Positions 47,383-57,646 of a DNA stretch of 64,000 bases are shown here, one piece after another. The notes beneath the pieces are model-generated. The model made no database searches. It was not told where the DNA came from and saw only the letters and a program-made list of their open reading frames with translations. The stretch lies in the NCBI GenBank assembly GCA_000146465.1, contig CP001952.1; one strand, 5' to 3'. A program made the translations under genes and the position numbers. Position 1 is the first letter of the stretch; every line of letters begins with the position of its first letter.

Positions 47383-49368
47383 TCATCCGGCACAGGGTTT
47401 CTTTTCCTCCATTCTTGAAAATCCAAAGAGATATTTCCAAAGAATAAGCCATACAACTGTTATTCCCAGAACCATAGCCAAAGACACCAGGAATCGTTTG
47501 AGCCAAGGGCCCCTGAAGAGAGATTGGAACTTTTTCTTAAGGCTTTTTTCTTCCTTAGTCTTATCATCGGACAACTGAAGCCTCACAGAGGGAGTAAGCC
47601 TTCTGTCCAGAAGAAGAATACTTATAATACTAATAATGAGAAAAGAAATAAATAACATTACGAGCATGGGGAAGATAGATCCGATATTCTCCTTCTCCTT
47701 CTTCTCCTTTACACTTTCTACTAGTAAATTACAAAATTTATCTATTCGAGACCTAAAGGGCTTCTGAACATAAAAGATAGTTTCATAAAAAAGTTCAAGG
47801 AAAGAAGAAATCGATTGGGGTAAAAAACCCAAAATTTCCTTTGGTAGTAGCAGGTTTTTTATGACCTTGGGAATTCCTAGAGTTACGAGTATTGGGACAA
47901 CCAAATTAGCTACAAAAGATAAAATCTTTCCAAGACCTGTAGAGGGTTCAGCCACAGAGACAATCATCATGCGAGGAAGACAGGAAGAGAAAAACATTAA
48001 TATTAGGTTGGTGAAAAAGAAAGGAAGGTTTCTTGTTTCTATAGTCCCGAAGCAATAGAGAGTTCCTAATCCTAAAGTGCATCTAATGACAATCATCAAA
48101 AACTCAAAAATTACCGACGAAAGCCAGAAGGTTGCAGTATTGTACAATCCTTTACTGATTTCTTCTCTGGTATAATGAAGACTTTTCTCTAGTATTGCAT
48201 TTGAAAAAGGTATCAAGCTAAGGAGAAAAACTAGGTCACGGATGCAAGCTACTTGACGCCCTGTCTTAGTATTAACTTCTGCAAAGAAGATTGCGATAGA
48301 TAATCCTAGGACTATGGCCAAGCTAAGTAAAATCTCCCGTGATCGAACCCCGCTTAAAATCAACTGTCTCTTGATCAAGAGGATGGCCGATGAAAGGCTG
48401 GGGACAAGGGAAATTCTAGTATCTTCTTCCACCTTGAGTTTTATCTCCTTAACTTTTCTTCTTTTTTCCTTTTCTTCCTTCATCTCCCTCAACATATTAT
48501 TGATCTGAGTCTCGTACTGTTGTGACTCTTTACTTCCTTTTGTGAAGAGGCTGAACAGAAATTCCATGTTAGTTTTTGATAAACCTGAATTGTAGATTCC
48601 CTTGGTATTCAGAAAATCAATGAACTTATCGGGCGGACCAGCATATACCTTTGCCCCTCTGTTCAAAAACAGGAGACTATCAAAAAGATTGAAGAGCTCG
48701 GGCCCTGGCTGATGAACCGTCAATATCACTATTGCGCCACTCCTTCGAGCATATTCCTTGACAAACCTTACCACCTTTACTGCCAGCCCTGAGTCAAGCT
48801 CACTTGTGGGCTCATCAAGAAGCACTACTCTCAATTTCCCCTCCAGTAAAAGCATCTTAATCAAAGCAGTAGCTATGTTTGTTCTCTTACGCTCTCCTCC
48901 AGACAACATATTCATCTTGTGATGGCGTACATCATTCAAATTGAGAACATCCTTAAGAACTATATCTATGACCTCGTTAATGCGTTCCTTGTCTTCGTTA
49001 GGGAAAGAAAACAGAACTGTATAGTAAATGAACTCGTCAAGAGTTAGATCTTCAATTGAGTATCCAGACTGCCTCCCACATGAATGCTCGCTGTGCCATT
49101 TGTAGTAGTCTCTTTCCTCGTTGTCTATTAGTATCTGCCCGCTTGTCATGGATTCTTCTGGAAATAGACCTGATATACCTTCCATTATTGTTGTCTTTCC
49201 ACTTCCACTAGTTCCCATAAAAGCATATATCTCTTCAGATCTAAACTCCACATCGACATCTTTAATCATTATATCAAACCTTTCATTATAGGACATGTCT
49301 TGGCCAGGAGCCACGAGAACAACATCCTTGAGTTGAAGATGATGATTTTTCATTGTAGGGCTTCTCAT
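47383..49368 (-). CDS. ABC half-transporter, ABCG/White type (NBD-TMD)
   Basis: N-terminal NBD: Walker A GTSGSGKTT; signature LSGGERKR; Walker B VVLLDEPTSELD; then a C-terminal 6-helix TMD. This reverse topology is typical of ABCG. The track TTG start at 49395 was replaced by the ATG at 49368. Confidence 0.75.
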   Translation of the reverse strand: MRSPTMKNHHLQLKDVVLVAPGQDMSYNERFDIMIKDVDVEFRSEEIYAFMGTSGSGKTTIMEGISGLFPEESMTSGQILIDNEERDYYKWHSEHSCGRQSGYSIEDLTLDEFIYYTVLFSFPNEDKERINEVIDIVLKDVLNLNDVRHHKMNMLSGGERKRTNIATALIKMLLLEGKLRVVLLDEPTSELDSGLAVKVVRFVKEYARRSGAIVILTVHQPGPELFNLFDSLLFLNRGAKVYAGPPDKFIDFLNTKGIYNSGLSKTNMEFLFSLFTKGSKESQQYETQINNMLREMKEEKEKRRKVKEIKLKVEEDTRISLVPSLSSAILLIKRQLILSGVRSREILLSLAIVLGLSIAIFFAEVNTKTGRQVACIRDLVFLLSLIPFSNAILEKSLHYTREEISKGLYNTATFWLSSVIFEFLMIVIRCTLGLGTLYCFGTIETRNLPFFFTNLILMFFSSCLPRMMIVSVAEPSTGLGKILSFVANLVVPILVTLGIPKVIKNLLLPKEILGFLPQSISSFLELFYETIFYVQKPFRSRIDKFCNLLVESVKEKKEKENIGSIFPMLVMLFISFLIISIISILLLDRRLTPSVRLQLSDDKTKEEKSLKKKFQSLFRGPWLKRFLVSLAMVLGITVVWLILWKYLFGFSRMEEKKPCAG

Positions 49369-49408
49369 ACACTGCTTTATAAACGGAATTATCAAAATTT
49401 TACTAAAT

Positions 49409-50047
49409 ATGGGTAATAGAAGATTATCAAAAATTTTTCTTCTAAAATCTATGTATTATAGTATTGCGGACCCCAAGCAAATACGAATTAAAATCCCAAG
49501 ACAAGAAGAACCCATGAATAAGCTTCCATCAAGGTTCCATGTTACCCTCAAAGTCCTTGAGAATTCCGGCAACGAAATTTCCAAAGACACCTATGAGAAG
49601 GACTTGAAGAGTATATGCACCCTGGAGTCCCAAGAACATGTTTCCTATCTGTTGCATCACTTGAAAGACTTCGATAAAATAGACAAGCAATTTTATATCA
49701 ACGTATTTAAAGAGGGAATCAGCCCTGTTTGGGAAGACGAGAACAATATGAATGGATGTGACTGGAGTCTTATGCTTAAGAAAGAGGTGTGCCAGAGATA
49801 CTTTGAGAGACTTCTTGTAAATCTATGTACAGGCTACTTCAAGACGTTTGAGCCCACCGGAATTGTAGGGATACACAAGGACAACAGATTCAAGCTTAGC
49901 ATATGGTCGAAGAACATTCCATCGACAGCAGATTGCGGGGCAATAATCAACGAGCTGAAGGCTGCACTGGAGATAGATTTTGTAATTACATTCCACTACA
50001 AAAACCATTCGAAGATACTGGCATATCACAAATCTCTTGATGCATGA
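49409..50047 (+). CDS. eIF4E-family cap-binding protein, divergent
   Basis: FKEGISPVWEDENNMNGCDWSL matches the eIF4E core (FKDGIEPMWEDEKNKRGGRW). The C-terminal half aligns as well. Several canonical cap-stacking Trp positions appear substituted in the N-terminal half. An alternative ATG lies at 49514. Confidence 0.6.
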   Translation: MGNRRLSKIFLLKSMYYSIADPKQIRIKIPRQEEPMNKLPSRFHVTLKVLENSGNEISKDTYEKDLKSICTLESQEHVSYLLHHLKDFDKIDKQFYINVFKEGISPVWEDENNMNGCDWSLMLKKEVCQRYFERLLVNLCTGYFKTFEPTGIVGIHKDNRFKLSIWSKNIPSTADCGAIINELKAALEIDFVITFHYKNHSKILAYHKSLDA

Positions 50048-50172
50048 TAGGAATTTCCTGGAAAAGACCGGCAGCAGTATCGGGTGATCAAATAAAGAAT
50101 ATATCCTCCCAAGATTTTGAGCCTCTGAGAAAGCAATAGAGGGTAATTCAACCCAAAGAACACGGTTTATTG

Positions 50173-50427
50173 CTATATGTCGTCCAACTCAAAGAAGTTA
50201 CCTCTTCTCCTGAAATTAACACTAGGCTTGGAGTTTTTTTCTTCGATCTTTTTTGCAATCTCGATGTACTCGCTGTAGGAGATAGGCCTTCTTACGGAAT
50301 AGAAGTGCTGTGCAAGTGCACTTTGCAGCATCTCTCCCTTTTCCTTATTTATGTGCTTCAGCGTAGAAAGGGCCTCCAGTGACCTCTCGTCCAACACCCT
50401 ACGTATCAACTCGTCCGACTGGTCCAT
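50173..50427 (-). CDS. Small hypothetical protein, 84 aa
   Basis: ATG ORF in a short spacer. Helical and charged. No family recognised. Confidence 0.3.
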   Translation of the reverse strand: MDQSDELIRRVLDERSLEALSTLKHINKEKGEMLQSALAQHFYSVRRPISYSEYIEIAKKIEEKNSKPSVNFRRRGNFFELDDI

Positions 50428-50467
50428 GGGTCCCGTGTGGAATTCATTAAACTACATCTGGTTTACT

Positions 50468-53400
50468 CTACAGTTTATTATAACCATGATTTTCAAGAGA
50501 CTTTAGAAACACACGGCAAAAATCAAAAGAGGAGATCTCATCATAACAAGCTGCAAGGGCCTTTGGTGCACCTGGTGCTTTCATCCTGATCCAGAGAATC
50601 GTCAGGATCTCCTCAAGATGCATTTTTCTTTCTATCATAAACTTGATACTTTCAATCACTGTAGACGAAATGGCATCCATCTCGTTAAGGTTGTCTATTA
50701 GATATACCCAGAGATTCTTTCCTATTCCAAGATCCGTCACCTTTACGGACGTCCTGTTTTGAAGAGCAGTTCGTAATCTGAAAAACGGATTCTGGCCCTC
50801 TACAGGCACAATCCGGTCTCGGAATTGATTGATGAAGTTCTTTACGTGGGGGTATTCCTGGGGACAGCAGTAGGCCAAATATGAGGAATACATCTTGACA
50901 TATCCAGAACTTCTCTTGAAGAACTGCATGATCTGTGTTATAGGATACATGAGCTTTGAGCTGTAAGATCCACACTTTAGGGCTTCCATTGCAAGAATAA
51001 CTCCTTCTTCAGAATCAAAGCATCTCAAGACAAATCTATGTCCTAGGATTTCTAGGAAGCAGGATGTAAATCCCGGAACCTGGGACGGAGATAGAACCTC
51101 TAGCACAGAGTAGACCAAAGACCTGTTTGTGGGCGTGTCCTCCATGATATCCAGCGTCTTGACAATGAATCTTGTGTAAAGCTTGAAAAATAGATAATTC
51201 CTCTTTCTATATGCCTCCAGAAACACAAACAAGCTTTCCTTGATCGACTCATAGAGCTTCTCCTTGATGAGTCCTGGAAGAGGATCTATTTTCAAATAAC
51301 AATATGAAGTAGGGATTCTGTGGTATCTTATAAAGTGGTCCCAAGACACCTTGAATGCAGATCGTATGTCCACAGATCCAGGATAGTTGGCCCTTTCCAT
51401 AAATTCAGGAAGAAACATCTCGGGAACAGTTGTAAACTTGCAGCTACGGACATACTCGTCGTAATCAGATGCCCCCTTTGCTTCGATGTGCATCATTAAA
51501 TTGCTAATCTTCTGGAAAAAATCAAAGACCCGAGGGTTGTCGCCATGTCCTGCAAGCATCTCAAGTGTGCAGATAAAGTCGTAGACCGTACAGATCTGCA
51601 CTTCTGCAGTTATAAGAGATGTCAGGAGCGAGATCACAAAGTCAAGATTCCCATCTGCAAGCGGAGTCTTCGAAAGGGCCTGGTCGTATTCCACAACATT
51701 GATTAGATTGTGCTCTATAAACTTACTCACAAGACTGACACTGAACTTCCGTGGGTCGTTGGAATAAATAAGCCAGCCCAGAACTTCCTTCTGAGTCTTG
51801 AATGATATCTTAAATATCTTCTCCATACATTCAAACAGGAAGTCCTCCTTGCTCCCGCTCTTGATAAGATGTCCTGTGATGTACCTGCACAACCGGATAC
51901 ATTCCTCGTCCTTATCCTCACTGCTCTCCACGCTCTCCAGTATTCTCCTAAATACTTCTTCTCTCCCCTCGTTCAAAAGCCCATGCCATTCGTCGGCTAT
52001 GATGTTCTTCTTCGAATATGGAATCTTCTTGCTTAGTTGTACAAGATGCGCCTTTATCTCCTGATACTCTCCGTTGTCAATTGCCTTGATTACTATCTTT
52101 TCAATGTGTCCAGGATCTTCAAGAAGAGAAAGGTGCATTCCCTTCGGCTCTCCATTGGAATACTCTAGATTGTTGTAGCAAGTACTGATCAACTCACTAA
52201 CCTTCGAAGCCCCCGACTTCTGGATAAGATCGCAGCACACCTCTTGATTCTCCTGGGCTATTTTAAACACTCTTTCGGTGGAAAAGTCTAGAGAGCAAAG
52301 CTTCATGAAGTATGAGACGTTTCCAGAAATGCATGCCCTGATCGGCTCCTGTGCAGAAACTAGACATAGGAACTTCGTAAGATTCACTACCATATTTCTA
52401 AACAGGATATATTCCATCCCCTTCTCAACCGCCATCGTCCTGAAAAGTTCCATTCCCGTTTGGATTGCAACAGAACATGCCTTCTCCACAATTGGCCCAC
52501 ATATTTCACGAACACTTAGATCCAGGGCAAGTGATATCACATGTCTAACCACAAGGTCTCTATCCTCAATAACATACTCTGCCAGATACTTCTTAGACTT
52601 CAGCCCTAAGTTCTTGAACTCTCTGGGGACAAGGTCAACAGAAAAGTGGTTGAACAACCCTTGGATCTCATCCCTTACAGGCTTTGGAGTACAGCTATAT
52701 ATCTCCGACAGAAGATTCAAGATGCTCATCATCCACGGGTTATTTGGAATAAATATGATTCCACTCTTTCCCTGCTTTAGAAAGCTCGTTATGAAGCTCA
52801 CTCCAAACCGAATCCTCCTGCACTCCACAGACTTCACAACAAACTTCTTGAAGTCAAACTGCTCAGAAGTTACAATTCGGTTCTTGGCAAGCATCACTCC
52901 TCCAAGGACATATCCCAAGCCCTTGGCAATTCCTATCTCATTTTCACTCCGGTAGTCCAAGAACATTTTAAGAAACTCAAAAGACCTTCGAACAAACCGC
53001 AAATAGAACTCCTTTCCCAACCCTTCTACAATAGCTACAAGCCTTCTTCCATTCTCCACCTCAATGTTCTGAATAATGTACAGTACCACCTCTTCCCTAT
53101 CTAGAATCCCTTTTTCAAGAAATTCTCCAAGCCTTTCAATTCCTCCTTCAGCCTCAATCTCAAGAGACTTGATCATCTCCTCAGTCCTTTCGTTCTTGGA
53201 GCCACACTTAAATATTAATTTCACTATATCCTCTTCATCAAGCAATGGATGGGAGGTGGAATCTACTAGAATCAGCTCTTTCTTGACAAGGATGCTATTA
53301 ACACTTTCTATTTCTTCTATCTCTGCAAGAATGGTTGGGCACGATGGGAGGAATACCTCGAGGCATCGGAATCCAAACGAGTACTCTCTGTCATTCTCGG

Positions 53401-54850
53401 GATATTTCAAGGATCCCTTTATATATTCAATAGCCATTCTGCGGTATGGCTTTGGAAACACTCCTTCCTTGATCAACCCTCCATACAGCAGTGCAATAAG
53501 GTCTGAGTTTGGGAGCTTGTAAAGAGATCCATAGTTCTCAAGTAGTGCCGAAAATATCCGAGATGCCAGCACCTTGCTCAATGCATTCCCTTTTAGAAAC
53601 TCCTTGATTTGATTAATGCTGCTTTCGATTCCTCTCTGCGAATTGATTATCTGCGAAATGAAATTGCTTGCTTCCTCCTCAATTCTGACCTCCTTGCTCC
53701 TTTGTGTACGGAGTCCATGGGGAATTCTAGATTTGAATTCATTATACATCCCAACAGTCTCAGGCTTCAGTATCCTTACATACTGCTCTACAGCCTTTGT
53801 AAAAACCCCCATAATCTCAACATTCAGAGGAAACATCTTCTCGGGCTCATTGGATTTCGAAATCTTAGAATCCAAATACAGCACTAATGACCTGACAAAT
53901 TCATCCTTTCGTGTCGTCAGGTTGTTTGACAGCCATATCCCAAGGTTCAAGTGGTCCCTGATCGAACTCAGCACAATAATGTCGAAACAGAGCTCCGGCG
54001 GATTCAGGAGTTCGGAAACAAGAGGAAGCATCTTGTGCTCTAGGAACATGTCAAGAATTCGAGACACAGGTATCCCCTCTCGGATAAGAACCAACGACTT
54101 CTGGAGCATCATCTCGGGATGGTTCTTAAATAATACATGCAAAATAAAGCTGTTTGGTGCTCCACGGGCAAAGCCGCTTAGAAGATCCTCGAAAATCCGT
54201 CCAAACTTCGGCTGTACAAAGCCAAGTCCTGCTGCACACCACTCAGGAGACTTCCGGGCAATCAGCTCAACTAATGGAATGGACCCAAGCATCCCAATGC
54301 ATTGGAAAAGTTCCACACAGTTGAAGTTGCTTTCATATCCCATCACATTCTTGAACCGATGGCTTCGTGAATCTTCAATACTGATGATCCTGCTGAAAAA
54401 TACATTTGAATACAGCTGGGTCCTCTTCTCGTCGCTCTCAATAATCAGCCTCAGAAAGTACATCTGTGCTCGTTCATTTTTCCATCTCTTGAAAAATATC
54501 TCATATGGAACAGTGATGATTCCACTGATGTGAACCCAGCAATCGACAATCACATACAGAGACTCTAGAGTCCATATGCTGAAGTTCACGTCCAGAAAAC
54601 ATGAATACACATCTCTCCAGTTGATCTCCTCAAGATTGCTTTTCATCGACCCAACGATCGCAGGGAGATTCCATTCCCTATCTGGAAAGTCTGCCATAAA
54701 TAGAATTGCTCTTGCCACCTCTTGCGGCGTAACCTCACGTCTTCTCTTTATCTTCTCTAGCACATCGTCCATAAAACCCCGGTCCACCTCCTTTGGATCA
54801 CTCTTCTCAAGTATATCTTTTATCTCATGCTTGTATCCTTTCTCGTCCAT
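50468..54850 (-). CDS. Large alpha-helical hypothetical protein, 1460 aa; family unassigned
   Basis: Uninterrupted 4.4-kb ATG-initiated ORF (ATG at 54848-54850 revcomp). Uniformly helical, Leu-rich, HEAT/ARM-like composition. I checked for Not1-, separase- and HECT-type hallmark motifs and found none. Confidence 0.5.
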   Translation of the reverse strand: MDEKGYKHEIKDILEKSDPKEVDRGFMDDVLEKIKRRREVTPQEVARAILFMADFPDREWNLPAIVGSMKSNLEEINWRDVYSCFLDVNFSIWTLESLYVIVDCWVHISGIITVPYEIFFKRWKNERAQMYFLRLIIESDEKRTQLYSNVFFSRIISIEDSRSHRFKNVMGYESNFNCVELFQCIGMLGSIPLVELIARKSPEWCAAGLGFVQPKFGRIFEDLLSGFARGAPNSFILHVLFKNHPEMMLQKSLVLIREGIPVSRILDMFLEHKMLPLVSELLNPPELCFDIIVLSSIRDHLNLGIWLSNNLTTRKDEFVRSLVLYLDSKISKSNEPEKMFPLNVEIMGVFTKAVEQYVRILKPETVGMYNEFKSRIPHGLRTQRSKEVRIEEEASNFISQIINSQRGIESSINQIKEFLKGNALSKVLASRIFSALLENYGSLYKLPNSDLIALLYGGLIKEGVFPKPYRRMAIEYIKGSLKYPENDREYSFGFRCLEVFLPSCPTILAEIEEIESVNSILVKKELILVDSTSHPLLDEEDIVKLIFKCGSKNERTEEMIKSLEIEAEGGIERLGEFLEKGILDREEVVLYIIQNIEVENGRRLVAIVEGLGKEFYLRFVRRSFEFLKMFLDYRSENEIGIAKGLGYVLGGVMLAKNRIVTSEQFDFKKFVVKSVECRRIRFGVSFITSFLKQGKSGIIFIPNNPWMMSILNLLSEIYSCTPKPVRDEIQGLFNHFSVDLVPREFKNLGLKSKKYLAEYVIEDRDLVVRHVISLALDLSVREICGPIVEKACSVAIQTGMELFRTMAVEKGMEYILFRNMVVNLTKFLCLVSAQEPIRACISGNVSYFMKLCSLDFSTERVFKIAQENQEVCCDLIQKSGASKVSELISTCYNNLEYSNGEPKGMHLSLLEDPGHIEKIVIKAIDNGEYQEIKAHLVQLSKKIPYSKKNIIADEWHGLLNEGREEVFRRILESVESSEDKDEECIRLCRYITGHLIKSGSKEDFLFECMEKIFKISFKTQKEVLGWLIYSNDPRKFSVSLVSKFIEHNLINVVEYDQALSKTPLADGNLDFVISLLTSLITAEVQICTVYDFICTLEMLAGHGDNPRVFDFFQKISNLMMHIEAKGASDYDEYVRSCKFTTVPEMFLPEFMERANYPGSVDIRSAFKVSWDHFIRYHRIPTSYCYLKIDPLPGLIKEKLYESIKESLFVFLEAYRKRNYLFFKLYTRFIVKTLDIMEDTPTNRSLVYSVLEVLSPSQVPGFTSCFLEILGHRFVLRCFDSEEGVILAMEALKCGSYSSKLMYPITQIMQFFKRSSGYVKMYSSYLAYCCPQEYPHVKNFINQFRDRIVPVEGQNPFFRLRTALQNRTSVKVTDLGIGKNLWVYLIDNLNEMDAISSTVIESIKFMIERKMHLEEILTILWIRMKAPGAPKALAACYDEISSFDFCRVFLKSLENHGYNKL

Positions 54851-55039
54851 CTACAGTGATCCCTTTATTTTCAAGGTGTAAAATTTGTCTTTTTATTCGC
54901 CGCCCAAATCAAACAACATACAGGAACAAAGAGGCTATTGTTTACATCTTTTCCCCTAACCAAAACTTACAAATCCAAGTGGATCCCAAGGCGGGACACA
55001 AGAAATACATAAAACTCTTGAAATAATCACGTTTTAATC

Positions 55040-55654
55040 TCAGCGGTACTTCTGAAGAACCAACGTATTTCTTCTTCTCCAGCAGGATCGGATGGACCCT
55101 CCCTTCGACTTGTTGAATCGGATTCCCTTTCCAAGTCCTCTGCTCTTCCGAGACGCAGACGTAAGGCCCCTGCACTCTCTGTGCTTCATCGTGTTCTTGC
55201 ATATCCAGTTTATCTTAATGTCATTTCTTATGGCCTGGTGATGTCGGTCGACCATTATCACCTCATAGTACTTGTAGGCTGCATCCTGCCCCACCCAGTA
55301 GGAGTTCAGCACCCCAAGGTTCGAGCACTTCTTCCCTGCTACCATCTCTGCTGTCGCCTGCTTCCGAAGCGATGGCTTGATCTGGTTGATTCCTGCATTC
55401 ACGCATTTTCCTCGTGTGTTACCGTTATGGTAATTCCTCTTCATATTCCCTTTCTTCACCCGTGCAATGTACAGCACATATCCTTGCTTTGCTTTGTATC
55501 CAAGGGTTCTGGCCCTTTCCAAAAATGTCGGCTTCTCAACCCGGAAGCACTCTCCTCTCTGCCTATACTCACACACTCGAATCCTTAGCAGATATCTCAT
55601 CACGTCAGACTGCTTGCGCCTGTGGATCTCCCTGAGGTAGTTGATAGCTCCCAT
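55040..55654 (-). CDS. RPL15: 60S ribosomal protein eL15 (RPL15)
   Basis: [32 protein letters not shown]... matches eL15 ([32 protein letters not shown]). 204 aa and no intron. CCCC upstream of the ATG. Confidence 0.9.
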   Translation of the reverse strand: MGAINYLREIHRRKQSDVMRYLLRIRVCEYRQRGECFRVEKPTFLERARTLGYKAKQGYVLYIARVKKGNMKRNYHNGNTRGKCVNAGINQIKPSLRKQATAEMVAGKKCSNLGVLNSYWVGQDAAYKYYEVIMVDRHHQAIRNDIKINWICKNTMKHRECRGLTSASRKSRGLGKGIRFNKSKGGSIRSCWRRRNTLVLQKYR

Positions 55655-55755
55655 TCTGGGGTTGCAAATTTTTCATTATTTCCATTTACATAAGAATCCC
55701 ATCGCCTGCTTCCCACCAACCTCGGAGATATATTCTTTCCCTTACCAAAAAACCC

Positions 55756-56334
55756 TCATTGCCTCTTTCCCCCGTCTCGGTATCCTTGCCTCCTTCCCTC
55801 TCCCCGCTCTTCATATCTTCCTTGGCTTCTCTCCTCTCTATCTCCTCGCCGTCTTCCTCCATCCTTCCTCCCGTTCCATCCTTCCCATCGTCCTTCTCCA
55901 GTTCCTCTCCTTCCTCCTTCTCGCTCTCCTCTGCTACCTCGTCTTCCTCTTCCTCCATCCCCTTCTCCTTCCTTCTTAATCTCACTGAACCCTCTTCTCA
56001 CTCCTCCATACTTCTCATCCGTCCATTCTGTTCCTCCCCGTGCAAACTCACTTTTCCTTCTCTGCATATTACAGTATTCCCTCCAAGTCGTCTCATTGAA
56101 CCCATAATTGAAGTAGTCCGTGATATCTGCCCCAGGTTTATTCCAAGGCTTATCTGTAAAGCTTTCTATGTCGTAGTCCAAGATGTTTTGCCCCTCGGCC
56201 TCTTCCTTCTGTTCTTCCTTTCCAGAAGCCTTGTCCACAATCAGCTCCAAGTCAGACGATGTATTCTCGTCTTCCTGGTCCCCAACAAAGAACTCTTCAT
56301 CGTTCTGCATCCAAAGGGCTCCGAAAACATTCAT
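55756..56334 (-). CDS. FIP1: Pre-mRNA 3'-end processing factor Fip1 with Arg/Gly/Glu-rich tail
   Basis: The Fip1 signature [31 protein letters not shown] matches the family motif ([26 protein letters not shown]). The C-terminal tail is an RG/RE/GE low-complexity region. The track start 56499 is a GTG inside the Rpb9 upstream region; I used the ATG at 56332-56334 (alternative 56308-56310). Confidence 0.7.
   Translation of the reverse strand: MNVFGALWMQNDEEFFVGDQEDENTSSDLELIVDKASGKEEQKEEAEGQNILDYDIESFTDKPWNKPGADITDYFNYGFNETTWREYCNMQRRKSEFARGGTEWTDEKYGGVRRGFSEIKKEGEGDGGRGRRGSRGEREGGRRGTGEGRWEGWNGRKDGGRRRGDREERSQGRYEERGEGRRQGYRDGGKRQ
55760..56045 (+). repeat. Polypyrimidine low-complexity tract of about 290 nt (plus strand nearly pure C/T)
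   Basis: ctcattgcctctttcccccgtctcggtatccttgcctccttccctctcc...ttcctccccgtgc. It encodes the R/G/E-rich Fip1 tail on the minus strand and creates several spurious long antisense ORFs in the track. Confidence 0.5.
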
Positions 56335-56406
56335 TTGAGCTACCCTCCAGATCAATCCTTCAACCGCAGATCCAAACTCTTTATCCACATCTTCCTCACA
56401 ACCCCA

Positions 56407-56733
56407 ATGAGCGATCGCTTCTGCAAAGAGTGCAACAACCTTCTCTATCCAAAGGAAGACGACAACACTCTGTTTCTTGCATGTAAGAACTGTGAACACG
56501 TCCAGGAGGCAAAATCACATCGCCTTTATGTGAGAAGCTTTAGGCCTAAGTATGCTTCAATAGAGCTGTACGCAAGGGATCTTGCTCAGGACCCAACACT
56601 TCCTTCCGTGAAAATCAACTGTAGAAGTTGTGGATTCAACAGAGGGCTGTACTTCCAGACAAGAGGCAGCGAAGACGACGTTGCATTGAATATTTATTAT
56701 CTGTGCTGTAGATGCCACCATTTATGGTCATGA
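56407..56733 (+). CDS. RPB9: RNA polymerase II subunit Rpb9 (two zinc ribbons)
   Basis: N-ribbon [31 protein letters not shown] matches Rpb9 ([33 protein letters not shown]). C-terminal TFIIS-type ribbon [39 protein letters not shown] at 56407 is preceded by CCCC. The upstream portion of track ORF 55759..56733 is an antisense artefact of the Fip1 tail. Confidence 0.75.
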   Translation: MSDRFCKECNNLLYPKEDDNTLFLACKNCEHVQEAKSHRLYVRSFRPKYASIELYARDLAQDPTLPSVKINCRSCGFNRGLYFQTRGSEDDVALNIYYLCCRCHHLWS

Positions 56734-56757
56734 TGCTTCTCTGTTAAAAGTACTCCA

Positions 56758-57573
56758 TCACAATAAATCTTTATGCTCTTCTCCTTCGCTGTCCGAACAT
56801 AAATCTAGATATCTATTCTTTGGCCCCGATACATCTCTTTCATCAGCTTTTTTCTCAACATACACGCCATCTGAGAGATATATTTTTTTCATCTCTTTTC
56901 TTCTTGCTTCTATATCCATATCTTCTTCAGGCCTCTCCATAAACGGATTGTATCTTCTAGCCTTCTGTTTTTGAGGCCGATAAGATTCCTGCGAATCCCC
57001 TTTCTTGAGGCCTGAACATAGACGGCACTCATCTCCGCAAATATCATTGTTTTGCCTCAATACCTCCATCAAGTAGGCTCCCTCCTTGCCTTCGCACATA
57101 TCTTCGATACTAGCCCTGTGTATCACTAGCTCTTCGCATACAGGCCTCATGTACAAGGGGGAATTAGACAAGGTCTTTAGAAAGTGCACTTCGTTAATGT
57201 CTGCCGGATCTCCGTATGTGTCGCATTCTCCTCCGCAATATGTAAACTTCTCTATTCGCAGAAAAAACTTCTTGCTTTCAAAGCTATATTCGTAATGAAA
57301 CCTGTCAACTGTGATGTAGCATCCCTGGATATCTTCAATTCCACAAGCTATCTCTCTTCGGAACATCTCTATCGATTCCTTTGCCAGGACTCCACCGATA
57401 AAATGCCTGGAGTCCGACACACACACCTCAAACGACCCGTCCTTAAGTTCCCGCCCAATCCTTGTCAACTGTCCATGGAACGACATTTGTTGCTCTTCCT
57501 TCCAATGCTCGGTGTTGTAAACCTGTTTGTAAATAGTTTTTTCGATCCAGAAGTCCCTGAGAAACAAAAGCAT
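56758..57573 (-). CDS. Hypothetical protein, 271 aa
   Basis: ATG at 57571-57573 (revcomp). Cys-containing N-terminal domain and a charged C-terminal tail. No family assigned. Confidence 0.4.
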   Translation of the reverse strand: MLLFLRDFWIEKTIYKQVYNTEHWKEEQQMSFHGQLTRIGRELKDGSFEVCVSDSRHFIGGVLAKESIEMFRREIACGIEDIQGCYITVDRFHYEYSFESKKFFLRIEKFTYCGGECDTYGDPADINEVHFLKTLSNSPLYMRPVCEELVIHRASIEDMCEGKEGAYLMEVLRQNNDICGDECRLCSGLKKGDSQESYRPQKQKARRYNPFMERPEEDMDIEARRKEMKKIYLSDGVYVEKKADERDVSGPKNRYLDLCSDSEGEEHKDLL

Positions 57574-57646
57574 CCCTAGGATATCTTTTAATTATCCCAA
57601 TTACTCGGAATGCACTAAAAACATTTTCATAAACAATTTATTCGAG

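Noticed and set aside
55759-56406. Upstream 216 codons of track ORF 55759..56733 (plus strand) and ORFs 55641..55979 and 55686..55985
   Set aside because: They are Pro/Ser/Leu-rich translations of the polypyrimidine strand opposite the Fip1 RG/RE tail. The Fip1 motif identifies the minus strand as coding, and Rpb9 begins at the ATG at 56407.
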